Positions 48,909-62,717 of a DNA stretch of 64,000 nucleotides are shown piece after piece (the first letter of the stretch is position 1; the number at the start of each line of letters is the position of its first letter). The position numbers and the translations under genes were made by a program. Origin of the DNA: the human T2T-CHM13v2.0 reference genome, Homo sapiens. The notes below the pieces were generated by a model. That model was not told the DNA's origin. It saw nothing but the letters and a program-made list of their open reading frames with translations, and searched no databases. The DNA is taken from assembly GCF_009914755.1 (NCBI RefSeq), contig NC_060934.1; one strand, given 5' to 3'.

Positions 48909-50057
48909 AGACATTAGCTTGGTCTCTTCTCAAATTAGCAGATCCTTATTTCTGTCTTATAATTTCTAATCTGCTTTTATAATTATTGACTTACATTCAA
49001 TCTTCCAGTTTTTCATGTCTCTTCCAATTAGATAAGCCTCCATATTTGTATTTAACTTCCAGTAAAATTTTAACCATGTTGTTTCATTTTTAATTAAAAT
49101 TTAAGAGGACTGCCTAAATGCCAGTGTGTTTATGTTGTATACATCTCGGGGCATGCTTTTAAGTGTTTTCTTGATGTAAAACATCACATAATAAACTAGT
49201 GTTCATAATTGTATTTTAAAGCTTTCCAAAATTCTATGTAAAATGAGTTTCTAAAAACACTAAACAAAAGAAGTTTTAGGAATTATGTTTGAATGAAATA
49301 GAAACATTGAACTCAAAATTGTAAAGCTGATATTTCAAGAACTACCAATTAGTGTAACATTACTAATTGAGTTACAGTATTTAGAAGTTAAAACTGATGT
49401 AAATCAAAGGACTCATGTTGTTTATCTATTTTGAATCCTTTTTTGAAAAAAGTTAATCTTTAAAGTTTTTCTGTATTAAAAAAATCTGATTATCTCTTGT
49501 GACCTATTTTACCTAGAAAAGCTAGTTAGAGGTTAAAAGGTTTTTTATGAGACATACTTCTGTTCATCGGAACAGTCCAGATGTAAATTTAAAAAGAAGA
49601 AATGACAATGAAGTGATCAAAGAGAATTCTGTGTTCAAATGCTTTCACCTGGAGCAGTTGTAGAAATGTCAGTAGCACAACTGTATTTATAATTATAGCA
49701 GGATGTGGCAGATGGTGATGCAACACCGTCTCGTCAATTCTTTGTGTCATTGAAGAAAGTAGTAAGTATTAATTCTGCCAATTTTATGATTAATGAATAA
49801 TTTTAAGTAACACAGGCCCTACGAATAAGGTTGACTGTTCAAATTGTGATACCTCATTATAGTTTTTAAAGTTTAAATATGAATTAATACTCCTCTTTGC
49901 CTTTCTGTTCTCTTTCCTTTTCAAATTAGGTTGTTAAGTTTTCATAGCTAAAATAAGATGAAGGAAGCAGTGGCTTGCTGTCCTCAATTATATTTTTGAT
50001 GTGTTTGTGAAATTATTATAACTTAGATCAGATTCTTTAAAGAAAAATCAGTATTTC

Positions 50058-50245
50058 ATTTTTTCCTTTCCTCCCTTTTCTCCCTCTCTCCTTTCCTTGT
50101 CTCTCTCCTTTCCTTTCTCTCTCTTCTTCCCTTTACCCCTCCTCTCCCCTTCCCTTCTTTCTCCTCCTCCTCCCTTCCTCACATCTCTTTCCCTTCTCCT
50201 CCTACCCTTCCTCTTCCCTCCCCTCTTCTTCCTTTCTTCCTACTT
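50058..50245. repeat. CT-rich low-complexity polypyrimidine tract
   Basis: ~185 nt almost entirely C/T. Confidence 0.9.
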
Positions 50246-50814
50246 TGTTTTATGCATTATGTTAAGAAATTGTTTTACTGCTATTAGTGATAACATGCTT
50301 TTAGTTCTGTCTTAGCAGTTATGGTTGTGCTCTCCAGGATAAATCTACACATATCACAGTTATCCACTTCATAAAAGAATGACATATCTCTACTCTTGTG
50401 GGCCTTAATGTCATGCAGTGTTTCTGGGTATGACATTAAACATGGGTACAATTTGAAATTGTATTTTTCTGTCTAAAAGCAAAACAAAGCTTCATCAAGA
50501 AATACTACAAGCAGTGGGACCTAATTTCATCAAGGGGATAAAACTCTATTCCTTTTTATTCTATTTTGGAATTGGAATTCAGAAACATTTTTTTTTGGTC
50601 CTATGGATGGTATATTCACTTATTTGAAATGAAAATTGAACTCAGACTTTTCTGAAAGAGTCTCATTTGTTAATTGGTTGACAAGGATGGTCTTTGCCAT
50701 TTAAATGATACAGTGGTACTGTCAGCTGTCATTGTTCTTGAAAGCAAAGAAAATATTTAATTGTATTGATTTTCTGACTTACGTTCGAATTAATACACAT
50801 TTCCTTCTTCTTTA

Positions 50815-51708
<894 letters not shown>

Positions 51709-53235
51709 TTTAACCAATTGTCAAAAACTTATTCATGTCTGTGATTGTAGATTCTTTGACCAACATCTCTCCATCCTTCTACCCCTCTAATTACCCAAGC
51801 CTCTGATAAACACCATTTTACTTTCTCCTTCTATGAGATCAGCTTTGTTATAGTTCACATATGAGTTGAGATTATGTAGCATTTGTCTTTTTGTACCTGG
51901 CTTATTTCTGTTAACAAGTTATTCTCCAGGTTCCTCCATGTTATCACAAATGAGAAGATTTTGTTCCTTTTTTTTGTGGATGAATAGTATTCCATTGTGT
52001 ATATATATCCCATTTTATTTATTCATTCATTCATTGCCTGATAAACTCTTAGGTTGATTACATATCTTGGCTGTTGTGAATAATGAAGCAATAAATATGG
52101 ACGTGCAGATATATCTTAATCATTTCCACTGAATATGTACCCAGAAGTGGGATTGCTGGATCACATGTTGTACCGTTAATTTCTTAAGGAACCTCCATAC
52201 CTGTTTTCCATAATGGCTGTGCTAGTTTACATTCCCATCAGCAGTGTACAGGGTTCCCTTAATATTTCGGGTACTATAGCCTTTTGTAATATATTTTGAA
52301 GTCAGATAGCATGATGTGTCTTTGTCATTTTTGCTCAAGATTGCTTTTGCTATTTGGGATCTTTTGTGGTTCTATATGAATTTTAGAATTTTTTTTCTAT
52401 TTCTATGAAGATTATCATTGTCATTTGAGAGGGTTTACTTTGAATCTGTAGATCACTTTGGATAGTATGGGCATTTTAATGATATTCTTTCATTACATGA
52501 ATGCAGGCTGTCTTTTATTTGTGTCTTCTTTAATTTCTTTCATCAGCGTTTTATACTTTTCATCTTAGAGATCTTTTATCTCCTTGGTTGAATTTATCAC
52601 TAGGTATTTTAGCTATTTTTATAGCTATTTTAAGAGGAATTGTTTACTTGATTTTTGTTTTTTTCAGATAGTTTGTGGTTGATATATAGAAATGCTTTTG
52701 TATGTTTATTTTGTGTCCTACAACTTTACTGAATGTGATTATTAGTTCTGACAGTATTTTGGTACATTCTTTAGGGTTTTCTGTGTATGAGATCTTGTTG
52801 TCTTCAAACAAGAACAATTTAATTTCTACCTTTCCAATTTGTATGCCTTTTATTTCTTTCTCTTGCCTAATTGTTCTGGCTGGGTCTTCTAGACTATGAT
52901 GAATAGAAATGGTGAAAGTATACATCCTTGTCTTGTTCCAGATTTCAGAGGAAAAGCTTTCAATTTTTCCCCATTCAGAATAATAGCTTTGGATTTTTCA
53001 TATATGGCCTTTATTGTGCTGAGCTGCATTCCTTCTATACCCAATTTGTTGATAATTTCTAACATGAAAGAATGTTGAATTTTGTCAAATGCATTTTCTG
53101 CATCTATTGAAATATGGTTTTTTCCTGCATTTAATGTGATATATCACAGTTATTGATTTGTGTATGTTGAACCATTCATATATCCATGGGATGAATCCAC
53201 TTGATCCTGGTGAATTATCTTGTTAATGTGCTGGC

Positions 53236-53471
53236 TTTTTTTTTTCTTTTTTAAGACAGAGTCTCTCTCTGTCACCCAGGCTGAGGTGCAGAGGTGCTCT
53301 ACCTCCTGGATTCAAGTGATTCTTCCGCCTCAGCCTCCCTAGTAGCTGGGATTACAGGCACCAACCACCATGCCTGGCTAATTTTTGTATTTTTAGTAGA
53401 GAGGGGTTTCACCATGTTGGCCAGGGTGGTCTTGAACTCCTGACTTCAAGTTATTTACTTGGCCTCCCAAA
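53236..53471 (-). mobile_element. Alu, 5' truncated with internal deletion
   Basis: TSD ttaatgtgct. Confidence 0.88.
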
Positions 53472-53699
53472 ATTAATGTGCTATTGAATTTGGTTTGCTG
53501 GTATTTTGTTCAGGATTTTTCTTCTATGTTCATCGGAGACATTGGCCTATAGTTTTCTTATTTTTGTTGTGTCCTTGTTAGGTTTTGGTATCAGGGTAAT
53601 GCTGATTTTGTAGAATGAGTTTAGAAGAATTCTTTCCTCTTTATTTTTTAAAAATAATTTGAGAAGAATTCGTATTAGTTTCGCTTTGAATATTTGGTA

Positions 53700-54036
<337 letters not shown>

Positions 54037-54984
54037 TCAGGTCCTAGGCATTTTTTCTTTTTTCTTTGATGGGAGACTTTTTATCACTGATTTAATCTCT
54101 TTACTTATTGGTCTGTTCTAATTTTCTATATCTTCGTAATTAAATTTTGGTAGATTATATATATTCAGAAACTTATTTCTTCTAGGTTTTCTAGTTTGTT
54201 GGTGTATAATTGTTAATGAGAGTCTCTTATAATTCTTTATATTTCTCTGGGATCAATTGTAGTGTCTCCTTTTTTGTTTCTCACTTTATTATTTGTGTCT
54301 TCTCCTTTTTTTCTTAGTCTAGCTAAAGGTTTGTTGCTTTTGGCTATCTTTTCAAAAACCTAATTCTTTGTTGTATTTATCTTTTGTATGTTTTTTAGGT
54401 CTCTATTTCATTTATTTCTTCTCTTTATTATTTATTTTTTTCTGCTAATTTGGAGTTTGGCTTGTTCTTGTTTTTCTAGTCCCTTGAGGCGCAACATTAG
54501 GTTTATATCTTTCCTCTTTGGGGATTTATGTGTTAATTACTATAAACATCACTTTTAGACCTGCTTTTGCTGTATCTGATAGGTTATGCTTTTTTTCCAT
54601 TGGCATTGTTTCAAAAAATCTTTTTGTTTCTCTTTAATTTTTTCATTGACCATGTTGTTTAATTTCCATGTATTTGTAGAGTTTTTGATTTTCCTCTTAT
54701 TATTGACTTCTAGTTTATGCCATTGTGATCGGAAAATATAATCTATGATTTTGAACTGAAACTTGTTAAGACTTATGTTGTGGCTTAATATGTACTCTAT
54801 CCTGAAGCATGTTTCATGTTCAATTGAGAAGAATGTGTAATCTTCAGCCGCTGGATAGAATGTTCTGTAAATGTCTGTTAGGCCTATTTGGTCAAGAGTG
54901 CAGTTTAAACCTAATGTTTCTTTTTTGGTTTTCTGTCTGGATAATGTTTCTGTTGCTTAAGTGGGGTGCTGAAGTTTCCTACTA

Positions 54985-55134
54985 GGTAGAGGATCAGAAA
55001 AAATAAATATTACATACTCAGCTTAGTATCTGGGTGATGAAATAATCTGTACAACAAACCCCCATGACACAACCTGTACATGTAACAAACCTGCACATGT
55101 ACCGCTGAACCTAAAATAAAAGTTAAAAAAAAAA
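54985..55134 (+). mobile_element. Older L1PA (PA13-16-like) 3' end, 5' truncated
   Basis: gggtgatgaaataatctgtacaacaaacccccatgacac..aacaaacctgcacatgtacc..aataaaagtt(A)n; TSD-like aagtttcctacta/aagttgtctacta. Confidence 0.85.
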
Positions 55135-55253
55135 GTTGTCTACTATGATTGTTTTGTACTCTATCTTTCCCTTTAGATTTATTGATATTTGCTTATATCA
55201 GGTTATTTTAATCTAGTAACAACTTAACTTTGATTGCTAAAAATGTTTAATAA

Positions 55254-55602
<349 letters not shown>

Positions 55603-55853
55603 TGATGTTACAACTTACAACTTTTAAAACTGCATATCCCACTATCAATTGTTGTAGTTATAATTATTTTTAATAGTTTTATCTTTAATCTTCATATTAA
55701 AGATATAAGAGGTTTACATACTATGCTTACAATAGGCCGAATAGCCACTTCCCACTCATTTTTTCCACCATAGAAACTTGCATCCAGGGGACTTCTGCAT
55801 ATGTGGGCTTAGGGGAAGGGTGTTGCAGTCAAAGCACCATTTCCCTTACTGTC

Positions 55854-56235
55854 TGATATGGTTTGGCTCTGTGTCCCCACCCAAACCTCATCTCTAGTTG
55901 TAATCCCCATAATCCCCACATGTTGAGGGAGGGATCTGGTGGGAGGTGATTGGATCATGGGGGTGGTTTCCCCCATGCTGTTCTCATGATAGTGAGTAAG
56001 TTCTTACAAATCTGATGGTTTTATAAGTGTTTGGCAGTTCCTCCTTCACTCTCTGTCTTTTTCTCCTGCCACCATGTGAAGAAGGTCTTTACTTCCCCTT
56101 TGCGTTCCAGCGTGATTGTAAGTTTTCCAAGGCCTCCCCAGTCATACAGAACTGTGAGTCAGTTAAACCTCTTTTCTTTATAAATTACTCAGTCTTGGAT
56201 ATTTCTTTATAGCAGCGTGAAAATGGACTAATACA
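55854..56235 (+). mobile_element. THE1D-like solo LTR
   Basis: tgatatggtttggctctgtgtccccaccc ... aaatggactaataca; TSD ctgtc/ctgtt. Confidence 0.9.
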
Positions 56236-56335
56236 CTGTTCTCAGATTTTTCTCAGCTCTGTGGTACAATGAGACACCATCCTGAGTTCCAAGAGATCCA
56301 GGGTAGTCGTCTTGCCACTGAGAAGATACTAATTG

Positions 56336-56504
56336 TGACAAGTTAATGGGTGCAGCACACCAGCATGGCACATGTATACATATGTAACTAACCTGCACAT
56401 TGTGTACATGTACCCTAGAACTTAAAGTATAATAATAATAAAATAAAATAAAAATAAAATAAAATCTAATCTTCTGTGCAGGCAAAAAAAAAAAAAAAAA
56501 AAAA
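56336..56504 (+). mobile_element. Young L1PA (PA2-4-like) extreme 3' end with two A-rich tails
   Basis: gttaatgggtgcagcacaccagcatggcacatgtatacatatgtaactaacctgcac..cttaaagtataat. Confidence 0.9.
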
Positions 56505-57141
56505 GAAATTCTATAGGGTGTGGAGAACCAGACAACAATTCCTACCCTTCCATTTTGCAAGCATCACTCTGCCATATTTTTTAAAGAATAATGTTTTTAG
56601 AGTATTTGTGTTCTTTGGTACTTTTGCTGCTGAGATTCTTGGGATAACAAAGTAAAAAACCAAATAGTCTAGATTGTAACATACCACAGTGATTTGGGGC
56701 AAGAAGGATGTGCAGTAGAATTAAGCCAAGCTGGGCAAATATGAACTTGGGACTGTCACCAAACTCTGTCTCATTCTTTTCTCCTTATTTAATTCTTCCC
56801 ATATCAAGCATTTACAACCCACTATGTAGAGGTCCATACACCTTGGCTTATAGACTTCACTTGGTAGTTACTGTTGCCCACCTATCTATTAACCAGAATT
56901 TTCATTTAAAAATCTCTACATAAAAATTAGCAGTTATGCAGTGGAGTTTTCAAATAAGGAAGAAGATTGGTTGGATGGATGGATGTTAGGTGACCACTGG
57001 GAAACTATGGTTTTAGAACGAGTAGCTGGTAGGTTGCAGGTGGCATGTATTTTAATACATGTAGCAGAAAACTGAAAATTTATGAGCATTTTAGAAATTA
57101 GAGCTCTGTCAAAATAAGAGAAAAACTTAGATTTAATTTTA

Positions 57142-57550
<409 letters not shown>

Positions 57551-57638
57551 AATAATTTTTTAAATATTTATTATCTAATGTGGGTTTTTGCTTTATGTTA
57601 CAGTTGTCACCTACTCCAATATGAAAAATGAGAAGAAA

Positions 57639-57804
57639 GCCAGGTGTGGTGGTGCATACCTGTAGTCCCTGCTACTCAGGAGGTTGAGATGGGAAGATCA
57701 CTTGAGGCCAGGAGTTTGAGGTTGCAGTATGCTATGATTGCTCCTGTGAATAGCCATTTTACTCTATCCTGGGAAACACAGTGGCATCCTGTCTCTTAAA
57801 AAAA
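57639..57804 (+). mobile_element. FAM (fossil Alu monomer)
   Basis: Retains the 7SL-derived cctgtgaatagcca segment absent from dimeric Alus. Confidence 0.75.
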
Positions 57805-57814
57805 ATTTTTTTTT

Positions 57815-58310
57815 AAAGCATGTTCACAAGTTCTTTAATACTTCTCCATTGAAAAGGTAGAACCTAATTTCCCTTCTCTTGAATATGGCCCAGACTTAGC
57901 GACTTGTTTCTAATAAGTAGAATGTATGTAATGATGGTGTGCTATTTCTGAGGCTAGATCATTAAAGGCATCATTACTTCCATATTATTTTTTCTTGGGA
58001 CACCCATAATGGGGAATTCAACTGCTATGTTCTTGAGGATACGCAGTCAGCCTTTGAAGACACCCACATGGGCAGGAACATAAGCCTTCCAGCGGCAACC
58101 AGCACCAATATGTTGGCCTTGTGAGTGCAGCCAGCTCCAGTCAAATCACCAGATTACTGGAGCCCTGCCTTACTTAACCGACTACAACCTGATGAGACAC
58201 CCCAAGAGAGAACTGTTCCACTAAGCTGCTCCCAAATTCCTGACCCACCAAAACTATGTGAGATAGTATTTCTTATTTATAGCCACCATGTTTTGAAGCA
58301 ACAATGACTA
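57815..58310 (+). mobile_element. MLT1F/G-like LTR
   Basis: gacttagcgacttgtttc..tttctgaggctagatcatt..gctaagctgctcccaaattcctgaccc-like end..ttatagccaccatgtttt. Confidence 0.7.
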
Positions 58311-58852
58311 TTAAAATAATAAAATAACTTTCAGACATTGTTTTTAATCCCTCTTTTCTGTAGTCCCTGTACTTTCCCACCCCAATTTATATTTCCTGTT
58401 TCTATTTGAACTTTTTTCTTTTTTGTTTTCATTTCTTTTATACATAATCGTTTTGAGCTATAAGAATAATTTATGCCAAAAATTATGCAGCTAATATTTT
58501 ACACCCGTATTGTAACCAGTATACTGGTATAAAACTAGATAATAAACTACTATGGCTGTGTTTTGCTTCTTACAGATGGAAGGAAATGCCTAAAATTTAA
58601 TTTTATATACCACAATGTGTTTTGAAAGTTTTGAATAATTTTCTGGTTTTGAAAACCTGTTTTGATTTTTTTTTCTCACAAACACGATATTCTTAAGTAA
58701 AATAGAGTGATTTATGATTAATAGAAATAATGAAGATTATGCAAGTTATTTTACTTCAATTGAAATAGCAAGGCCAGAATAATTTAATCATGTTTTCCAG
58801 AAGAATAATAAAATAGAATCAGTGGCAATACTAGTAAACATTAGTCTACATT

Positions 58853-59158
58853 TCTATTTATTTATTTATTTTTTTAGACGGAGTTTTGCCTTTTTACCCA
58901 GGCTGGAGTGCAGTGGCACGATCTCAGCTCACTGCAACTTCCGCCTCCTGGGTTCAAGTGATTCTCCTGCTTCAGGCCTCCCAAGTAGCTGGTATTACAG
59001 GCGCCTGCCACCACACCCAGCTAATTCTTTGTATTTTTAATAGAGACGGGATTTCATCATGTTGGCAAGGTTGGTCTCAAACTCCTGACTTCAGGTGATC
59101 CACCTGCCTTGGCCTCCCAAAGTGCAGGGATTATAGGCGTGAGCCACTGCACCCAGCC
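58853..59158 (-). mobile_element. Alu (AluS)
   Basis: Full-length antisense Alu. Confidence 0.94.
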
Positions 59159-59221
59159 AACATTTATATTTCTTTAACTTCATATCATTTGCTGTAGTTA
59201 GCTGGATCATATTTCTTAAAT

Positions 59222-59530
59222 TTTACTTTATTTATTTATTTTTGAGACAAAGTCACGCTTTGTCACCCAGGCTGAAGCTCAGTGTTTGCGATCTTGGCTC
59301 ACTGCAAACTCTGCCTTCTGGGTTCAAGGAATCCTCCTGCTTCAGTCTCCTGAGTAGCTGGGATTACAGGCTTCTGCCACCATGCCCAACAAATTTTTTT
59401 TTGTATTTTTTGTAGAGACAGAATTTCACCCTGTTGACCAGGCTGGTATTAAACTCCTGACCTCAAGTGATCCACCCACCTAGGCCTCCCAAAGTGCTGG
59501 GATTATGGCCATGGGCCACTGTGCCCAGAC
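59222..59530 (-). mobile_element. Alu (AluS/J)
   Basis: TSD aaattttacttt. Confidence 0.92.
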
Positions 59531-61578
59531 AAATTTTACTTTCATAGTAACATTTTGCAAATGTAAAAATTTTATAATTTGATTAGTAATGTCAGACTCT
59601 ATCAAGGTGATGCTCTCTTAAAAGTTGTTGATGATAATATTAGATGAGAGATGTATGTAGTTATGAAAGACCCTGAAATGATTGTATTTTTTTATTTCTG
59701 TACAAAGTTTACTCACATTTCTATGTCTAGCCATAGCTATTCTAAGCCATAGCACAAAGAACTGTATTGTGATGGTGAGACTATAAAAAGGTAAATTTAG
59801 AGAAAGCTTCCAGATCTGCTCTAGAATTTATTACCATCTGGTCTCTTTGGAGACTAGTATAATTATTCATGGGAATGTTTTCAACACAGAAAAGCATGGT
59901 TTGTGTATTGGCAGAAAGTAAAAAGTACCAGTGGTTTAAACCATATGTAGCTTTTTTAGAGTTAGGCAAGGGAAATGAACTGAAGACCTAATTGAGAGTC
60001 ATCAGTAGTGATGCAATTTGTGTCAATTTTGTCAGAATCTGTTCATAATGAACAAAATATTGCACAACAAGAAAAACTGAAGGTATTAGAAATATAACTC
60101 CATTTGAAGAGTATTACTTTATCTTAATTTAACCAATGAAATGTAAGATGGTGTCAGCTAAGTATTTGTGTAAATCTCTGAAATAACATAAGGAATATAT
60201 GTCAAATTTTGATGACTTTTAAAAATGAAAACACTCATGTTAAAATAATTTTAAGCTTGAACACTGGAAGAATGTCTTATTAAGGTTATTTTTCTTAAAT
60301 TGAATGTGAATGTATTATTTTAGATCATTTTAGATGTGGCATGGACTTACTACTGTTCCTCTTAAGAAGCAGAAATATTTTACAGTCTTTCTTAAGCTTA
60401 AATTGATTTTATAGAAAAAGGAAAAAAAAACTAAATATCTTTTCACTTTCCATTCTAACAGTTACTTGGAGTCTATAAAAAATGAGATGACAAATCAAAA
60501 AATTGAAATCGTCTATTTTTTCAGCTATTTTAAAAGAAAAATGCCTAGTGGGCTGGGAATACACAAGAAATTTAAATTTGTGATTGAGAATAAGAAATGC
60601 ATTTGTGGTTTTAAAAAAGAAATACCAGCATGTCACATTAAAAATATGGCATCTACAGTATTGTACAAAGGAAAATGTATTACATTAGGAGGGGGTATGT
60701 TGTACTTTATTTAGAGAACTAGTGCAGGGATACGAATGAGAAGTATAACGCCATAGAAGGCATGAGCATTAGTAATCCAGTCAGAGAGGAAGAATTTTGC
60801 TGCCTCCCATGTAACATAAAACAGATGTTCCATTCTATTAGAACCTTACTAAAATGAGAGTTTAGATCATTGGTCAATAGGAGAAACATGAACAATGGCA
60901 ATTTAATAATTTTGAGGGTTTATCTTATTTGTGAGTTAATATCCATGGTGGGGAGTATGAAGGGATGCCTGCCAAATGTTATTTTATTTTTGATATCTTG
61001 ATTGAGAGAGCTGAAAGGCAACAGTAAGCTATACTAATTTTTAATTTATTGTTTTGCAAATTTAATCTATTTTTTTCTCAAAAACTGTTGTAAGAAAAAA
61101 AGATTTCAAAATTATAAGTCCTGATTTAATGCTTGAATAGGTATTGAAGCATATCTGAAAGTATAATTAATTAACCTCAAATGAATACTGTAAACATTAA
61201 GTAGTTGGCAACTGAAAGTAGACGTATGCAGAAAGGGACACCAGGGATGGTACCACAGGGTCCTGGGTATATTTTTGTTTTTTTAAGGGAAGATTTACTT
61301 TTTTCTAGAAAAGAAATTCTTTTCAAATAAATTTATTTTTCAAAAAATACTTTTTTTCAAAAGTATTTTTTCCATTTTAAAATTAAGTTATAATTTATAT
61401 ACAAAAAAGTGATCTTTGTAGTGTATGTTTCTGCAAGTTATGACACATGCACAGTCTAGCAACCAGTATCAGAAATAAGATAGAGAATAGTTTCATCACC
61501 TCAAAACTTTCCCTGTGTCCCCTTTGTAGTCTTCCTTTCCCCTACTTCAGCCCTTGGCAATCCCTGCTCTGTTTTTGT

Positions 61579-62008
61579 TGACAGAGACAGTTCTCCTCAC
61601 TTGTTTGTGAAGACTGTAAGGTTCTGACTGCCCTTTTTCCTGGGACATTTCTCAGGGTTATATATGCAGCTGATAAACTTGAGACATGAGATAACATCTG
61701 TTCCCAGACAAAAAGCAAGCTTATTTACTGCTTGCTATAAAATTGGTGGATTCCCTGAGTTCAGTGCTTCTCATTTGCTGATGCAAACTCACTACAAGCA
61801 TAGCATCCATCTGAGCATCCCCAAAGGACTTGGGATGAAGGGAACTGATGCAAATGTGCTGATGTTCTTCTGTTTTGTCATAAGTAATGAAGTGTTTTTT
61901 CTTTGACTGAGGAGTCTTGTGTCTTCTGCCTGCATCCATGAATTAGTTAAGAGGCTTTTGTGTTAGCTTTTATTAAATAGGGTAAAATCAAATCCCAGTC
62001 TCCATAAT
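61579..62008 (+). mobile_element. LTR47-like ERVL solo LTR
   Basis: cttgctataaaa (TATA), gggaactgatgcaaat, ggagtcttgtgtcttctgcc..catccatgaa, tagggtaaaatc. Confidence 0.6.
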
Positions 62009-62045
62009 TTTCTGTTTGTATAGTTTTGCCTTTTCCGGTGACTTG

Positions 62046-62717
62046 TATTGAGGGTTCCTGCTTCTGGCCAACAACCTATGAGTGATTTTTTAGGTCTGAT
62101 CATAAGGCATTTACAGAGGTTTTCCTGGCAGGCTTCATAGGGGGAGGGCTGGTCTCCAGAGCAGACTTGGTGCAAAGCTTTTATAGTCTCTGAGGGGAAT
62201 TGCAGTCAAGGACCCAGCCATCCTCTTATACATATCTGCGTTCCTAGCCTAGGTGCCTTCATTCAGAGGCCTCTTTATGTGGGGCTTTTGGGGAGGCTTT
62301 CCTTAAGTGTCTCTGTCAAGACTTTATTGGGGAAAAGAGGGGAAGACACTTACCAACTCTTTCTCTACTATGACTTGTACTTTTCTGTTTCTAACCCTTC
62401 CCTCTCTAGCCTTCACTCGACTCCTGGGTCTGTAAAACTGCCAGAATCTTTTGTTGGGGGTTCCCTTTGGCAATGATGCAACCCTCACATTTGTGCTGGT
62501 CTACCTGCCCTGTGACCAATGTGCCATGCCACAGGGGAAAATGGAATGGGGGGTAGCTGGCACTTTCTCCAATTTAGCCTCTTATACTGTCACAGTGATT
62601 ACAGACCTATTCTTTATTTTATTTTATTTTATTTATTTATTTTTTTGGCTTGTTGCCATTGGCTGTGCCAAAACGTGGCAGCCCAGCTTTCTCCAGCTCT
62701 CCTGAGGTACTGATACA
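62046..62717 (+). mobile_element. MER73/MER74-like ERVL solo LTR
   Basis: TGtattgagggttcctgcttctggcc ... ggtctgtaaaactgc ... gaggtactgataCA; L1 sequence resumes on both sides. Confidence 0.55.

Noticed and set aside
52644-52925. Functional reverse transcriptase gene
   Set aside because: Decayed L1 ORF2 fragment; the catalytic FADD reads FEDN and the frame is broken on both sides.
57639-57804. 7SL (SRP) RNA gene
   Set aside because: Only the Alu-domain monomer is present, diverged and A-tailed; the S domain is absent, so it is a FAM retrocopy.
58515-58528. Perfect 14-bp palindrome accagtatactggt, and short stems at ~50405-50439 and 61342-61371
   Set aside because: Several of this size are expected by chance in 64 kb of AT-rich DNA, and there is no supporting context.
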